Below are positions 19,682 to 28,526 of a stretch of 57,768 nt of DNA, in pieces (positions within the stretch are counted from its first letter, which is position 1; every line of letters begins with the position of its first letter). The DNA lies in the NCBI GenBank assembly GCA_938091905.1, contig CALKOM010000077.1:1-57768 (forward strand). The letters run 5' to 3'. The translations under genes were made by a program, and so were the position numbers. Source of the DNA: an uncultured Verrucomicrobiales bacterium. Lineage in GTDB: Bacteria; Verrucomicrobiota; Verrucomicrobiia; Verrucomicrobiales; DEV007. A model generated the notes under the pieces. That model searched no databases and had not been told where the DNA came from. It saw only the letters and a program-made list of their open reading frames with translations.

Positions 19682-21046
19682 ATGGCTCAATTTCTCTCCC
19701 AGAACTGGCTGCTTGGTCGACGTCATTTCCTCCGTGGTATCGGAGCGTCGCTGGCCTTGCCTTTGCTTGATTGCATGCGCCCTTTGCGCGCGGCCGAGCG
19801 TGCTAGTGCTAGCGCTAGTCGCCCCCGCCGCAGCATCTTCATCTATTTGCCCAATGGGGTGAATACCAATGACTTTGAAATCGCGGAAGCGGGGCCTAAC
19901 TACAAGCTCTCGCGCATTCTTTCGCCGCTGGAGAAACATCGCGCTAACATCACACCCATCAGCGGTCTCTATCATCCCAACGCGTTCGGCATTGCGCACA
20001 GTGCGACCCAGACTTGGCTCACTGCCGCCAAGCACGGCCCGAACGATCGCAATACCATCTCTGTGGATCAGTTGATTGCCACCGCGACGGGACCGAAGAC
20101 GCGGTTCCCATCTTTCGAGATCAGCAATCAGGGACAACCGATGGCAGTCAGCGCTGATGGCATTTCCCTACCCGCTGAAAGAAATCCGGCCGTGGTGTTT
20201 CAAACCATGTTTGCCGAACCGAAAGGCGGCATCGATCAGCAGCGGCGGCGGTTGCAGCGCAAAGAAAGCCTCCTCGATCTTGTGTTAGACGACGCGCAAA
20301 CTCTGGCTAGGAAGCTTGGAAATGAAGACCGCGGGAGACTTGATCAGTACCTGACCTCCGTGCGTGAGGTAGAAGTACGCACGAAGCGCGCCGAAGCCTG
20401 GCTGGAGACGCCTCGGCCTGAAGTTGATCCTGACATTAAGGCTAGACTCAATCGCGAGGTTCAGTTGGAGAAGCTCCGTGAGTATTTGCGCACCATGTAT
20501 GACATCATTGTGTTAGCTTTTCAAACAGACATGACACGGGTGGTCACTTTCAACACCGGCAATGAAGGCACGGGGCCGTCCGTTCCGGAAATCGGCATCA
20601 GCCGAGATCGGCACTCGCTCTCGCATCACAATGGCGATCAGGAATTGCTGACGCAACTTACCAGGAGTGATGAGTTTAACGTGCGCCAATTCGCCTACTT
20701 CCTCGATCGACTTGCGGAGGTTGAAGACGGCGATGGGTCTCTCATGGAAACGACTCTCTCGCTCTATGGCAGCGGCCTTTCCTATGGCAACAGTCACGGC
20801 ACCACCAGCCTTCCACTGGTCCTAGCTGGCGGCACGGAACTCGGACTCAAACACGGCGCGCACGTCGATTTCAATCAGCAGACCAAGGACTTCAAAGGCT
20901 ATGGCAATGGCATCGGGGTCTATCACCGTCCCGTCAACTCGCAGGCGCACTTCAGCAACTTGCTCCTCACCGTGGCTCAGACGATGGGTGTGAATGTCGA
21001 GCGGTTCGCGGACTCTAACAGCAGCGTTACTGACATCCTAACATGA
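19682..21046 (+). CDS. DUF1552 domain protein (Tat-like N-terminus)
   Basis: RRHFLRGIGASLALPLLDCM, YLPNGV, ISVDQ, DQYLTSVREVE, AFQTDMTRV, HSLSHH and YGSG..GNSH. Confidence 0.92.
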   Translation: MAQFLSQNWLLGRRHFLRGIGASLALPLLDCMRPLRAAERASASASRPRRSIFIYLPNGVNTNDFEIAEAGPNYKLSRILSPLEKHRANITPISGLYHPNAFGIAHSATQTWLTAAKHGPNDRNTISVDQLIATATGPKTRFPSFEISNQGQPMAVSADGISLPAERNPAVVFQTMFAEPKGGIDQQRRRLQRKESLLDLVLDDAQTLARKLGNEDRGRLDQYLTSVREVEVRTKRAEAWLETPRPEVDPDIKARLNREVQLEKLREYLRTMYDIIVLAFQTDMTRVVTFNTGNEGTGPSVPEIGISRDRHSLSHHNGDQELLTQLTRSDEFNVRQFAYFLDRLAEVEDGDGSLMETTLSLYGSGLSYGNSHGTTSLPLVLAGGTELGLKHGAHVDFNQQTKDFKGYGNGIGVYHRPVNSQAHFSNLLLTVAQTMGVNVERFADSNSSVTDILT

Positions 21047-22209
21047 TACGGGCGACGCATTTGAGCGTCCTGGGCTTGTTCGCCGTGATTAGCGTGGCGT
21101 CGGCTGCAGACGATGCCAAAAGTGAGGCCCTGCGCGATCATATCCCTAAACCTGGCGTCTTCCCACCGGCAGGAGCGGGCATACATTGGAATGGCGATCT
21201 CGTGATGAGTGATCCCATGAACCGCCGCGGTGCCTTACGGAAGAGCCAGCACGCCCCGCGACTCTACTTCGCCATGCTCCCTTACGGCATGGTATCCTAT
21301 CATGGTGCGCCTGCCGATGTGCGCGATATCCCCTTGGGCACGCATCTGCATGGACGGTTCTTGTTGCCGATCAAAGGCGAAGAAGAGACCATTCCTCTCA
21401 CAGAGAAACAGCTCAAGCAATCGCCGAGCTTGCGCCACAGCCACGCCATCCTCCTGGAGGATGATGTTAGCTTCCATCAACGTCAGGGTCGCTCCTGGAA
21501 AGTCCTCGGCTTCGAACAAGGTGGCGGACCGGCGCCACGTTTGAAACTTTCCGTCGAGCCCATCGGACCAGAAATCGAAGGCGGCCTGAACAAGCCTACC
21601 CTCTTCGACATCGATGATGCCGCGCGAGTCTGGCAGAAGCGCAGCCTCGTTGCAAAGGAAGCTATCAAGCCAGACCAAGAAGTACAGATGAACCTGACTT
21701 GGGGCCCCTTTGATAGTCTCGCCATCACCGACATTTGGTTAGACAACGAAAGCTTGACAGCTTGCCGGGAAATCCAGCGTCAACGCCATTTGAGACTGAT
21801 CCGTTCGCGATTCTTGCCAGGTTGGGTCGATGCGGTGAAGAACACAGACACTGGTGGCGGGGAAGTCACTGTCACCTTGTTCGGCGGCATGGACCCCACG
21901 CTGTATGAGGAACTGAGCACGACACCGCACCCCAAGATCTGCGACGCGGCCACCACGTTGCGCACCTGGAGCTACCATCAGGAGTACTCGGTTCGAGGGG
22001 AGACGCTTCAGGTCGAGACGCTTGAGAATCCACCACTCGGCAGCAGCGGCATTCAAATGCGCTTGCAAATTCCTCAAATGTTAGAAGGCTTTCGAACGGG
22101 ACGTATTGTTAGGCTGAAAGGTCCCTGGACCTACGTACTGCTGCCTGCCGACGAATGGCTAGCATCCCCAGAAGTGTTTGAGCAGGCACGGAGGATGCGA
22201 TTGCCATGA
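21043..22209 (+). CDS. secreted hypothetical protein coupled to DUF1552/DUF1592
   Basis: Signal peptide; 4-bp ATGA overlaps with both neighbours; motif LPYG..YHGAPAD.RDIPLGTHLHG. Confidence 0.8.
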   Translation: MIRATHLSVLGLFAVISVASAADDAKSEALRDHIPKPGVFPPAGAGIHWNGDLVMSDPMNRRGALRKSQHAPRLYFAMLPYGMVSYHGAPADVRDIPLGTHLHGRFLLPIKGEEETIPLTEKQLKQSPSLRHSHAILLEDDVSFHQRQGRSWKVLGFEQGGGPAPRLKLSVEPIGPEIEGGLNKPTLFDIDDAARVWQKRSLVAKEAIKPDQEVQMNLTWGPFDSLAITDIWLDNESLTACREIQRQRHLRLIRSRFLPGWVDAVKNTDTGGGEVTVTLFGGMDPTLYEELSTTPHPKICDAATTLRTWSYHQEYSVRGETLQVETLENPPLGSSGIQMRLQIPQMLEGFRTGRIVRLKGPWTYVLLPADEWLASPEVFEQARRMRLP

Positions 22210-24560
22210 AGATTCTCCACGGCATCCTTCTCCTCGTGAGCGCCAGCCTTTGGCTGACACCTTTCCCTGCCCAAGGTGAGGAAGGCTTGCGAGAAGCCAC
22301 CCTCACATTTTTCGAGGCGCACTGCTATCGCTGCCACGGTGAAGAGAAACAGAAGGGGCGATTCCGTCTCGATACCCTGACCACCGATGTCGAGAATCCG
22401 TTAGTGGCGGAGAAATGGGCCGAAGTGCGTTTCCGCATCAATGCTGGTGAAATGCCGCCAGAAGACGAAGCGCAGCCGACCGCGGAGGAGATCGGTGGCG
22501 TCGTGGACGAGCTCACTCAGAAGATCCAAGACGGTGCCGCCGCACGGATGGCGAAGCGCGGCCTCGTCAATCACTACCGGCTCAGTCGCCAAGAGTACGC
22601 GCACACCATCTATGACCTTCTCGGCGTCGTCTTCGATGTCGAGGCGCCCGGCGCGTTCAATGAAGACCCACTCTGGCATGGCTTCGATCGCATCGGCGCG
22701 CTCTTGTCCGTCGCGCCCTCACACATTGGCCGTTATCTCAGCGCGGCGGACACCGTCGTTGCCCTTGCATTTCTCGAAGCCGAGATCCCCTCCGAGACCA
22801 AGCGGCACTCTGCTAGCGAGGGGAAACGTCGTCTCCTGCAGCTTGGTGAGAGTTGGCGTTTCCATCTAAAACATCCCGGTCGTTACCGCATCACAATTCA
22901 TGGCAGTGGTCTGCCTGCCTTCACCGGGCGGATCCCGCACCTTTCACTCTGGCACCACCACCACAAACGCTCATTCGCCGGGGCAGATCTCATGGGCACT
23001 GAGGGTAACCCTAGCACACTCACATTTGAGGGGCTATTTCCCGCTGGCGACTACGATGTCCGAAATCACGCCCGCACGCAGCGTCATGCCAATGGCAGTC
23101 TCAAGCTCTTCCGCAATGAAGAGATCGATGCCGCGCAGCCTATTGCTTCGCTCAAAACTCAACACCCATCGCCTTGGACCAAAGTCGTCGATGACGAAGG
23201 ACGACCGGTGATGCCCACGCTCCTGCTGGATTGGATCCAAGTCGAAGGCCCTATCCTAACGGAATCCGATCTGGCCAAGCGCGAGGGCGTGTTTCCTACT
23301 GATAAGAAGAATCTATCAGAACAACGAAACGCTCTCCGTCGTTTCGCCGAACGCGCCTGGCGTCGGCCTGTCGTTGAGTCTGAGTTAGACCGTTACCTTC
23401 GCTTCATCGCGACGGAGCAAGAAGCGGGCGAATCTTTCGCTACCGCCTACCGATCCGCCCTCACGAGTATTCTCGTTTCTCGCAGCTTCTTCCATATCGA
23501 AATGGGCTCGCCTGATGAAAATCGCTTGCTCCTCAATGATTTCGAACTCGCGAACCGTCTCTCTTACTTTCTCTGGAGTTCGATGCCTGATGATCTTCTC
23601 TTCGCCGCGGCACGACGGGGCGATCTCTCAACAAGTGAAGGTTTGGCTGCTCAGTTAGACCGCATGATGGCGGATCCCAAGATCGAGCGTTTCCTCCATT
23701 CCTTTCCCAAGCAATGGCTGCAATTGCATCGGGTCGGCATGTTCCAGCCGGATCCCGAACTTTATCCCGAGTACGATCCGTGGTTGGAGGAAAGCATGAG
23801 GCAAGAGACCATCGCCTACTTCACGGAGATGTTTCAGAAGAACCTCCCCTTGCGCCAGGCGGTGGATTCCAACTGGACCATGCTCAACGCTCGGCTCGCC
23901 TATCACTATGGTTTCCCTCGGCCTTCAGCTACCGGCTTCACCCGCGTAGAGCTTCTCCCAGACTCCGGCCGTGGCGGCATCCTAACACACGCGTCCGTCC
24001 TCTCACTAACCTCAGACGGCACCCGCCACCGTCCCGTTCACCGGGGAGCGTGGCTATCCGAAGCCATCCTGGCGTTCACGCCTTCGCCGCCACCGCCGAA
24101 CGTCGATCCGCTGGAACCCGTGGCCGCCGACAAACCCAAGGCCACCATCCGGGCTCAATTGGAGGCGCACGCGACTTCACCTAACTGTGTTTCCTGCCAC
24201 GCCAAGATCGATCCCCTTGGTTTGGCCTTTGAGAACTTCGACGCGATCGGTCGCTGGCGTGACACCGAACGCATCCGGGAAGGCATGGGTGTCGACCCAC
24301 CGGTAGATCCCTCAGGCGTGCTGCCGGACGGACGTTCCTTTGCGAATGCCTCCGAGTTCAAGAAACTACTCGCCGATGATGAGCGCCGCCTGGCTAAAGC
24401 TTTCCTCGAGCAAGTGGCCACTTACGCCCTGCGGAGGGTCATGACGGTCGATGACACGGAGCAACTACACACCATCGTCGCCACGGCGGGACATTCAGAA
24501 GATGGCGTGAAGAGTCTCATGCGAGGGTTGGTGTTGTCCGAGCTATTTAAGAAACGGTAA
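22206..24560 (+). CDS. Planctomycete cytochrome c + DUF1587/1595/1592/1588/1585 protein
   Basis: CYRCHG..GEMPP, RLS..EY..TI.DLLG, FAERAWRRP, ELANRLSYFLWSSMPD, RGGILT and CVSCHAKIDPLGLAFENFD. Confidence 0.92.
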   Translation: MKILHGILLLVSASLWLTPFPAQGEEGLREATLTFFEAHCYRCHGEEKQKGRFRLDTLTTDVENPLVAEKWAEVRFRINAGEMPPEDEAQPTAEEIGGVVDELTQKIQDGAAARMAKRGLVNHYRLSRQEYAHTIYDLLGVVFDVEAPGAFNEDPLWHGFDRIGALLSVAPSHIGRYLSAADTVVALAFLEAEIPSETKRHSASEGKRRLLQLGESWRFHLKHPGRYRITIHGSGLPAFTGRIPHLSLWHHHHKRSFAGADLMGTEGNPSTLTFEGLFPAGDYDVRNHARTQRHANGSLKLFRNEEIDAAQPIASLKTQHPSPWTKVVDDEGRPVMPTLLLDWIQVEGPILTESDLAKREGVFPTDKKNLSEQRNALRRFAERAWRRPVVESELDRYLRFIATEQEAGESFATAYRSALTSILVSRSFFHIEMGSPDENRLLLNDFELANRLSYFLWSSMPDDLLFAAARRGDLSTSEGLAAQLDRMMADPKIERFLHSFPKQWLQLHRVGMFQPDPELYPEYDPWLEESMRQETIAYFTEMFQKNLPLRQAVDSNWTMLNARLAYHYGFPRPSATGFTRVELLPDSGRGGILTHASVLSLTSDGTRHRPVHRGAWLSEAILAFTPSPPPPNVDPLEPVAADKPKATIRAQLEAHATSPNCVSCHAKIDPLGLAFENFDAIGRWRDTERIREGMGVDPPVDPSGVLPDGRSFANASEFKKLLADDERRLAKAFLEQVATYALRRVMTVDDTEQLHTIVATAGHSEDGVKSLMRGLVLSELFKKR

Positions 24561-24567
24561 GTGCTCT

Positions 24568-25575
24568 ATGGTTTCGTACATGAGGTCGATTCCTACTCAC
24601 ACTTGCCTTATTCTGTGCTTGTGGCTGTCCGCCGTCGCCTACGGTCAGACTGCGATCAACGTACTGGGTGCTGGCTTTCGGGGAACGCTCCACGACAATG
24701 TCTCCAATGAGAAGCGTCAGGGGAGCGGCTTCAATCCCCTGATCCTTAAGTCTCATCCGAAGACAAACCTGTTCCGCGATGATGCGGTTGGCTTCAATTT
24801 CGAGCACATTTTCAATGGGGCGCAGGCGCAACACGCGATCTCGATGTTCACGCCGCGTCAAGACCCGTGCCAGGTGCGGGATGTTGGCAAGCATCGCCAC
24901 CAACTTCATTGGCCAAGCAAAGCCTCGCAGTGGGGCATGGAAGCGCAGATGACCTACGATCTTTCCGAGGCCGACCACATTGACCTTGAATTCAAATGCA
25001 CCCCCACAGAGGTCGCTATCTACTCCAAAGGGTTCGCCGCCATGATGTGGGCGTCGTACATGAATCGGGCACTTGACCGAAAGATCCGGTTCTGGGGCAA
25101 GGAAGGCGAGAGGGTTGGCTGGGTCGAATTTGGCACTGGCAAGGGAGGCGCTATCGAGGTGGGAACCGTGGCCCATGTGGACGCCCCCGACCTGCCGTTT
25201 GAGGACGGCGCGCAGACGCTTAACCTCATTGCTCATCCTAACAAGAAATTCATCACCCCGTTCTACTACGGTCTTCTGGATGGCGATCATGATCTTGAGA
25301 CGACGGACGACAAACTGCTCTACCTCGTCCTATTCGATCAGACCGAATCGATCCGCTTTGCGATGTGGAACTTCTTCAAGAACGATCGAGACGAGCCCGA
25401 CACTCACAGCCCGGCCTGGGACTGGCAATATGTCATCCGGAATCCAAAGGCGGATAAGCACTACGACTACCGTGCACGCGTTGTGGTAAAACCCTTCACA
25501 GGGCGGGAGCAGATCTGGGAAGAATACCGGCGATGGAGAGAAGAGTCGAAAGCATCGCTTCCTGATGGGGCTTGA
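24568..25575 (+). CDS. secreted hypothetical protein, possibly galactose-mutarotase-like beta fold
   Basis: Signal peptide, NFEHIFNG, MMWASYM and PAWDWQY; directly downstream of the DUF1592 gene. Confidence 0.7.
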   Translation: MVSYMRSIPTHTCLILCLWLSAVAYGQTAINVLGAGFRGTLHDNVSNEKRQGSGFNPLILKSHPKTNLFRDDAVGFNFEHIFNGAQAQHAISMFTPRQDPCQVRDVGKHRHQLHWPSKASQWGMEAQMTYDLSEADHIDLEFKCTPTEVAIYSKGFAAMMWASYMNRALDRKIRFWGKEGERVGWVEFGTGKGGAIEVGTVAHVDAPDLPFEDGAQTLNLIAHPNKKFITPFYYGLLDGDHDLETTDDKLLYLVLFDQTESIRFAMWNFFKNDRDEPDTHSPAWDWQYVIRNPKADKHYDYRARVVVKPFTGREQIWEEYRRWREESKASLPDGA

Positions 25576-25680
25576 CCGCCCATGGAAATCAAATTTCCTT
25601 GACCTCCACCCGATGCTCAAGGCTATTCTATCACTTTTGCAATGACCTGTTTCAGGCCAACCCGTATCTTCCACTCGTAT

Positions 25681-25736
25681 GGAGTTCCGCCTTTAGGTGG
25701 CCGGTGCACGATAAAACCGGCTGAAGTCGGGACTCC
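25681..25736. repeat. imperfect REP-like doublet (GGAG type) between convergent genes
   Basis: GGAGTTCCGCCTTTAGGTGG ... CCGGCTGAAGTCGGGACTCC. Confidence 0.65.
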
Positions 25737-25768
25737 GAACGGTTGTAAGACGCCTTAACAAACACACC

Positions 25769-27034
25769 CTAGACAGGTAGCCAGCGCGGGTGATCCGCTC
25801 CTTGATCGTCAACGCCACGCGTGAGCAAGCGAGCGTGGTTTCCGTCTGCGTCTGCGATCCAGATGGCTGGCGTGCCGCCTGTTTCTGCCCGGCAGAAGGT
25901 GATCAGCTGCCCATCTGACGATTCGCTGGCGCGGAAGTCCCAGAGCGGTGGGTCGTTTGTGGTTAGGGCCGAATGCTCACCGGTTGCGGGATCGAGCCGA
26001 CAGATCTCAACGCCTCCCCGGGCAAGTTCTGGTTTGAATGCGCGATTGAAGTGATCTGTGTCAGGCTGATTTGTTTGATACTCCCAAGGTGTCTTCGAAT
26101 CTGGCAGCCTGAGCGGAAACAGAACATGGCCATCGTGGGTCCAACTTGGGATATTGGACCCGCCCCCCCGATTGCCGGGCTTTCCATACGAGGAACCGAA
26201 CCACATCACCTGATTGTTAGTCAACGCTCGGTATTCGCTGCCATCGGGTCGAGCGATGCAAACGTCACTCCAGTCGTGCCCGGGATCCTTCTTGAAATGG
26301 CAATTCTGAAAGAGCAACCACTCACCGTCTGCCGACCAACTTGGCCCAAAGTAAAGGTGATCGGGATGGGCGGCTACCTGTACCCGCGTAGCGCCTTCGA
26401 TGTCGCTGGTCCAAATTTGGTAACCCTGCGGGCTGGCTAAATGATAGGCGACTCGTTTGCCGTTGGGACTGAGGGTCAGCCCATAGGGCAGACCTTCTCC
26501 GAAACGGGTGAAATCGCGCGCATCGGTTCCGTCGAGATTCATGCTAACAATCTTCCCTCCGGAATCACTCACCACTTGTACGAGGAGCCGCTCTTCCGAC
26601 AGCAGCAACGCCGGTGTGTAGAACACGGCTTGCCGTTCTTTCGTGCAGATCTCATTAAGCGATTGGCTATCGAAATCGTAAAGCCACAAATGCGTCGGTG
26701 TGAGATGATAGTGCGTATCGAATGGTTTGCCTGGTCCATCGCGACGCGCTTCCATGCTAAGAAAGACCATTCGCTGGCCATCCGCAAAGAAAGGACCCGG
26801 TTGCCAAGTCACTTGATCCGGCAGATTGAAATCAAAGTAGTGTAGCCCGGTGCCGTCTGCATGGATGATCGCCGTGCGGCCTTGGGACGTGAAGAAGAGC
26901 CTTTGGAGAGTAGTGTGAGATTGTGTGGGCCTCTCCGGCGCTTTCCCGCAAGCCGACAAGACTCCCACAGCACACGCGGCGGCACCCTTCTGAAGAAAGT
27001 CGCGTCGGTTTAGTTCTTGTTGTTTGGTTAACAT
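25769..27034 (-). CDS. Tat-exported TolB-like beta-propeller protein, possible lipoprotein
   Basis: NRRDFLQ twin-arginine motif, LSAC, and PD40-like repeats (LSPNGKRVAY, PSWSADG, ADHPRW). Confidence 0.82.
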   Translation of the reverse strand: MLTKQQELNRRDFLQKGAAACAVGVLSACGKAPERPTQSHTTLQRLFFTSQGRTAIIHADGTGLHYFDFNLPDQVTWQPGPFFADGQRMVFLSMEARRDGPGKPFDTHYHLTPTHLWLYDFDSQSLNEICTKERQAVFYTPALLLSEERLLVQVVSDSGGKIVSMNLDGTDARDFTRFGEGLPYGLTLSPNGKRVAYHLASPQGYQIWTSDIEGATRVQVAAHPDHLYFGPSWSADGEWLLFQNCHFKKDPGHDWSDVCIARPDGSEYRALTNNQVMWFGSSYGKPGNRGGGSNIPSWTHDGHVLFPLRLPDSKTPWEYQTNQPDTDHFNRAFKPELARGGVEICRLDPATGEHSALTTNDPPLWDFRASESSDGQLITFCRAETGGTPAIWIADADGNHARLLTRGVDDQGADHPRWLPV

Positions 27035-27052
27035 TTTATCGTGAGCTAACTT

Positions 27053-27119
27053 GTAGCGCTGGCATTAGCCGGCGTCCGCTCTGTTAGTGCATTGAAACGC
27101 CGGCTAAAGCCAGCGCTAC
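27053..27119. repeat. GTAG-family REP doublet (REPIN-like)
   Basis: GTAGCGCTGGCATTAGCCGGCGT (27053-27075) and ACGCCGGCTAAAGCCAGCGCTAC (27097-27119), 22/23 inverted match. Confidence 0.85.
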
Positions 27120-27125
27120 GAGTTT

Positions 27126-28526
27126 CTAAGCCAACACTCCCTTCACTACGTTGCCGAAGACATCGGTTAGTCGGAAGTCGCGGCCCGAGTGGCGGTAGGT
27201 GAGCCTCTCGTGATCGAGGCCCATCAAGTGGAGGATGGTGGCGTGGAAGTCGTGCACATGCACGGGATCGGTTTCTGGGTTCATGCCGTACTCATCAGTC
27301 GAACCGTAAACGGTGCCTGGTTTCACCCCGGCCCCTGCGAGCCAGGAACTGAAGGCCCAGTTGTGATGCTCGCGTCCAGGGGCATCGGCGGTGTTGTTGA
27401 AGGGCGTGCGTCCGAATTCGGTGGTCCACACGACCAAGGTTTCTTCTAACAATCCGCGACCTTTGAGATCCTTGAGCAAAGCGGCGATCGGTTGATCGAC
27501 GTTCTTGGCCAGCTTGACATGATCTAACATGTTGCCGTGCGAGTCCCAGTTTCCTGAGGATCCGGTATCGATCAACTCGACGAACCGGACGCCGCGTTCA
27601 ACCAGTCGCCGCGCTGCCAGACATTGCCAGGCGAAGCCCTCGGTGCTGCCGCGCTCCAATCCGTAAAGCTTGTGCGTTGCCTCACTTTCCTTCGAGAAAT
27701 CGAATGCATCGGGAGCCTCCATCTGCATTCCGAAGGCGGTTTCAAAGGTCTTGATGCGTGCTTCTGATAGAGCATTGCCGGTCCGTTGCGAAAGATGCCG
27801 GTGGTTGAGCCGTTGCAAGGCGGCCAATTCGAGTTCTTGTCGGGTCTTGGCAACGCGTGGAGTGACATTGGCAATGGGCTCGGGACCAGGGACGACCAAG
27901 GTCCCTTGATGCGCACCGGGAAGGAAGTCGCTGGCGTAGACCTGGGTGCCTGCATAGGTCTGCTTGGGGGCGATGGTGATGAAAGAAGGTAGATTCTGGT
28001 TCGCCGTGCCCAAGCCGTAACTCACCCATGAACCAATGCTAGGACGGGCAAAGGCAAAGGACCCGGTGTGCATGCCCAGCGTGGCATTGTAATGGTTCGA
28101 GTGATCGGTGTGCATCGAGCGAATGAGCGCGATGTCATCGACACAGGTGGCCACGTGCGGAAAGAGGGTACTGACTTCCGTGCCGCACTGGCCATGGGCA
28201 GAGAATTCCCACTGCGGTGCTTTGAGAAAGATGCGTTCGTAGCCTGGCCGATTCTGGATCTCGGGATGGTCGACCTTCACCTCCTTGCCCACATCCGCAG
28301 TCAACTTCGGTTTGGGGTCAAAGGTATCGACGTGCGAGACGCCGCCCGTCATGAAGAGGAAGATGACATTCTTCGCCTTTGCTGAGTGATGGCCTTGTTT
28401 CACTGCTAGTGGGTCCAAGCCGTCTTCGGCCGCCGCCAAGCGATGAAGCAACCCAGGCATGAGAGAGGACCCCCCGACAAAGGAACGGAGAAAGTGTCGT
28501 CGATTCTCAAGTGAAGACGTGGTCAT
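27126..28526 (-). CDS. DUF1501 domain protein
   Basis: NRRHFL, AKNVIFLFMTGGVSHVDTFDPKP, PSIGSWVSYGLG, CLAARRLVERGVRF, TEFGRTP and RLTDV.G. Confidence 0.95.
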   Translation of the reverse strand: MTTSSLENRRHFLRSFVGGSSLMPGLLHRLAAAEDGLDPLAVKQGHHSAKAKNVIFLFMTGGVSHVDTFDPKPKLTADVGKEVKVDHPEIQNRPGYERIFLKAPQWEFSAHGQCGTEVSTLFPHVATCVDDIALIRSMHTDHSNHYNATLGMHTGSFAFARPSIGSWVSYGLGTANQNLPSFITIAPKQTYAGTQVYASDFLPGAHQGTLVVPGPEPIANVTPRVAKTRQELELAALQRLNHRHLSQRTGNALSEARIKTFETAFGMQMEAPDAFDFSKESEATHKLYGLERGSTEGFAWQCLAARRLVERGVRFVELIDTGSSGNWDSHGNMLDHVKLAKNVDQPIAALLKDLKGRGLLEETLVVWTTEFGRTPFNNTADAPGREHHNWAFSSWLAGAGVKPGTVYGSTDEYGMNPETDPVHVHDFHATILHLMGLDHERLTYRHSGRDFRLTDVFGNVVKGVLA

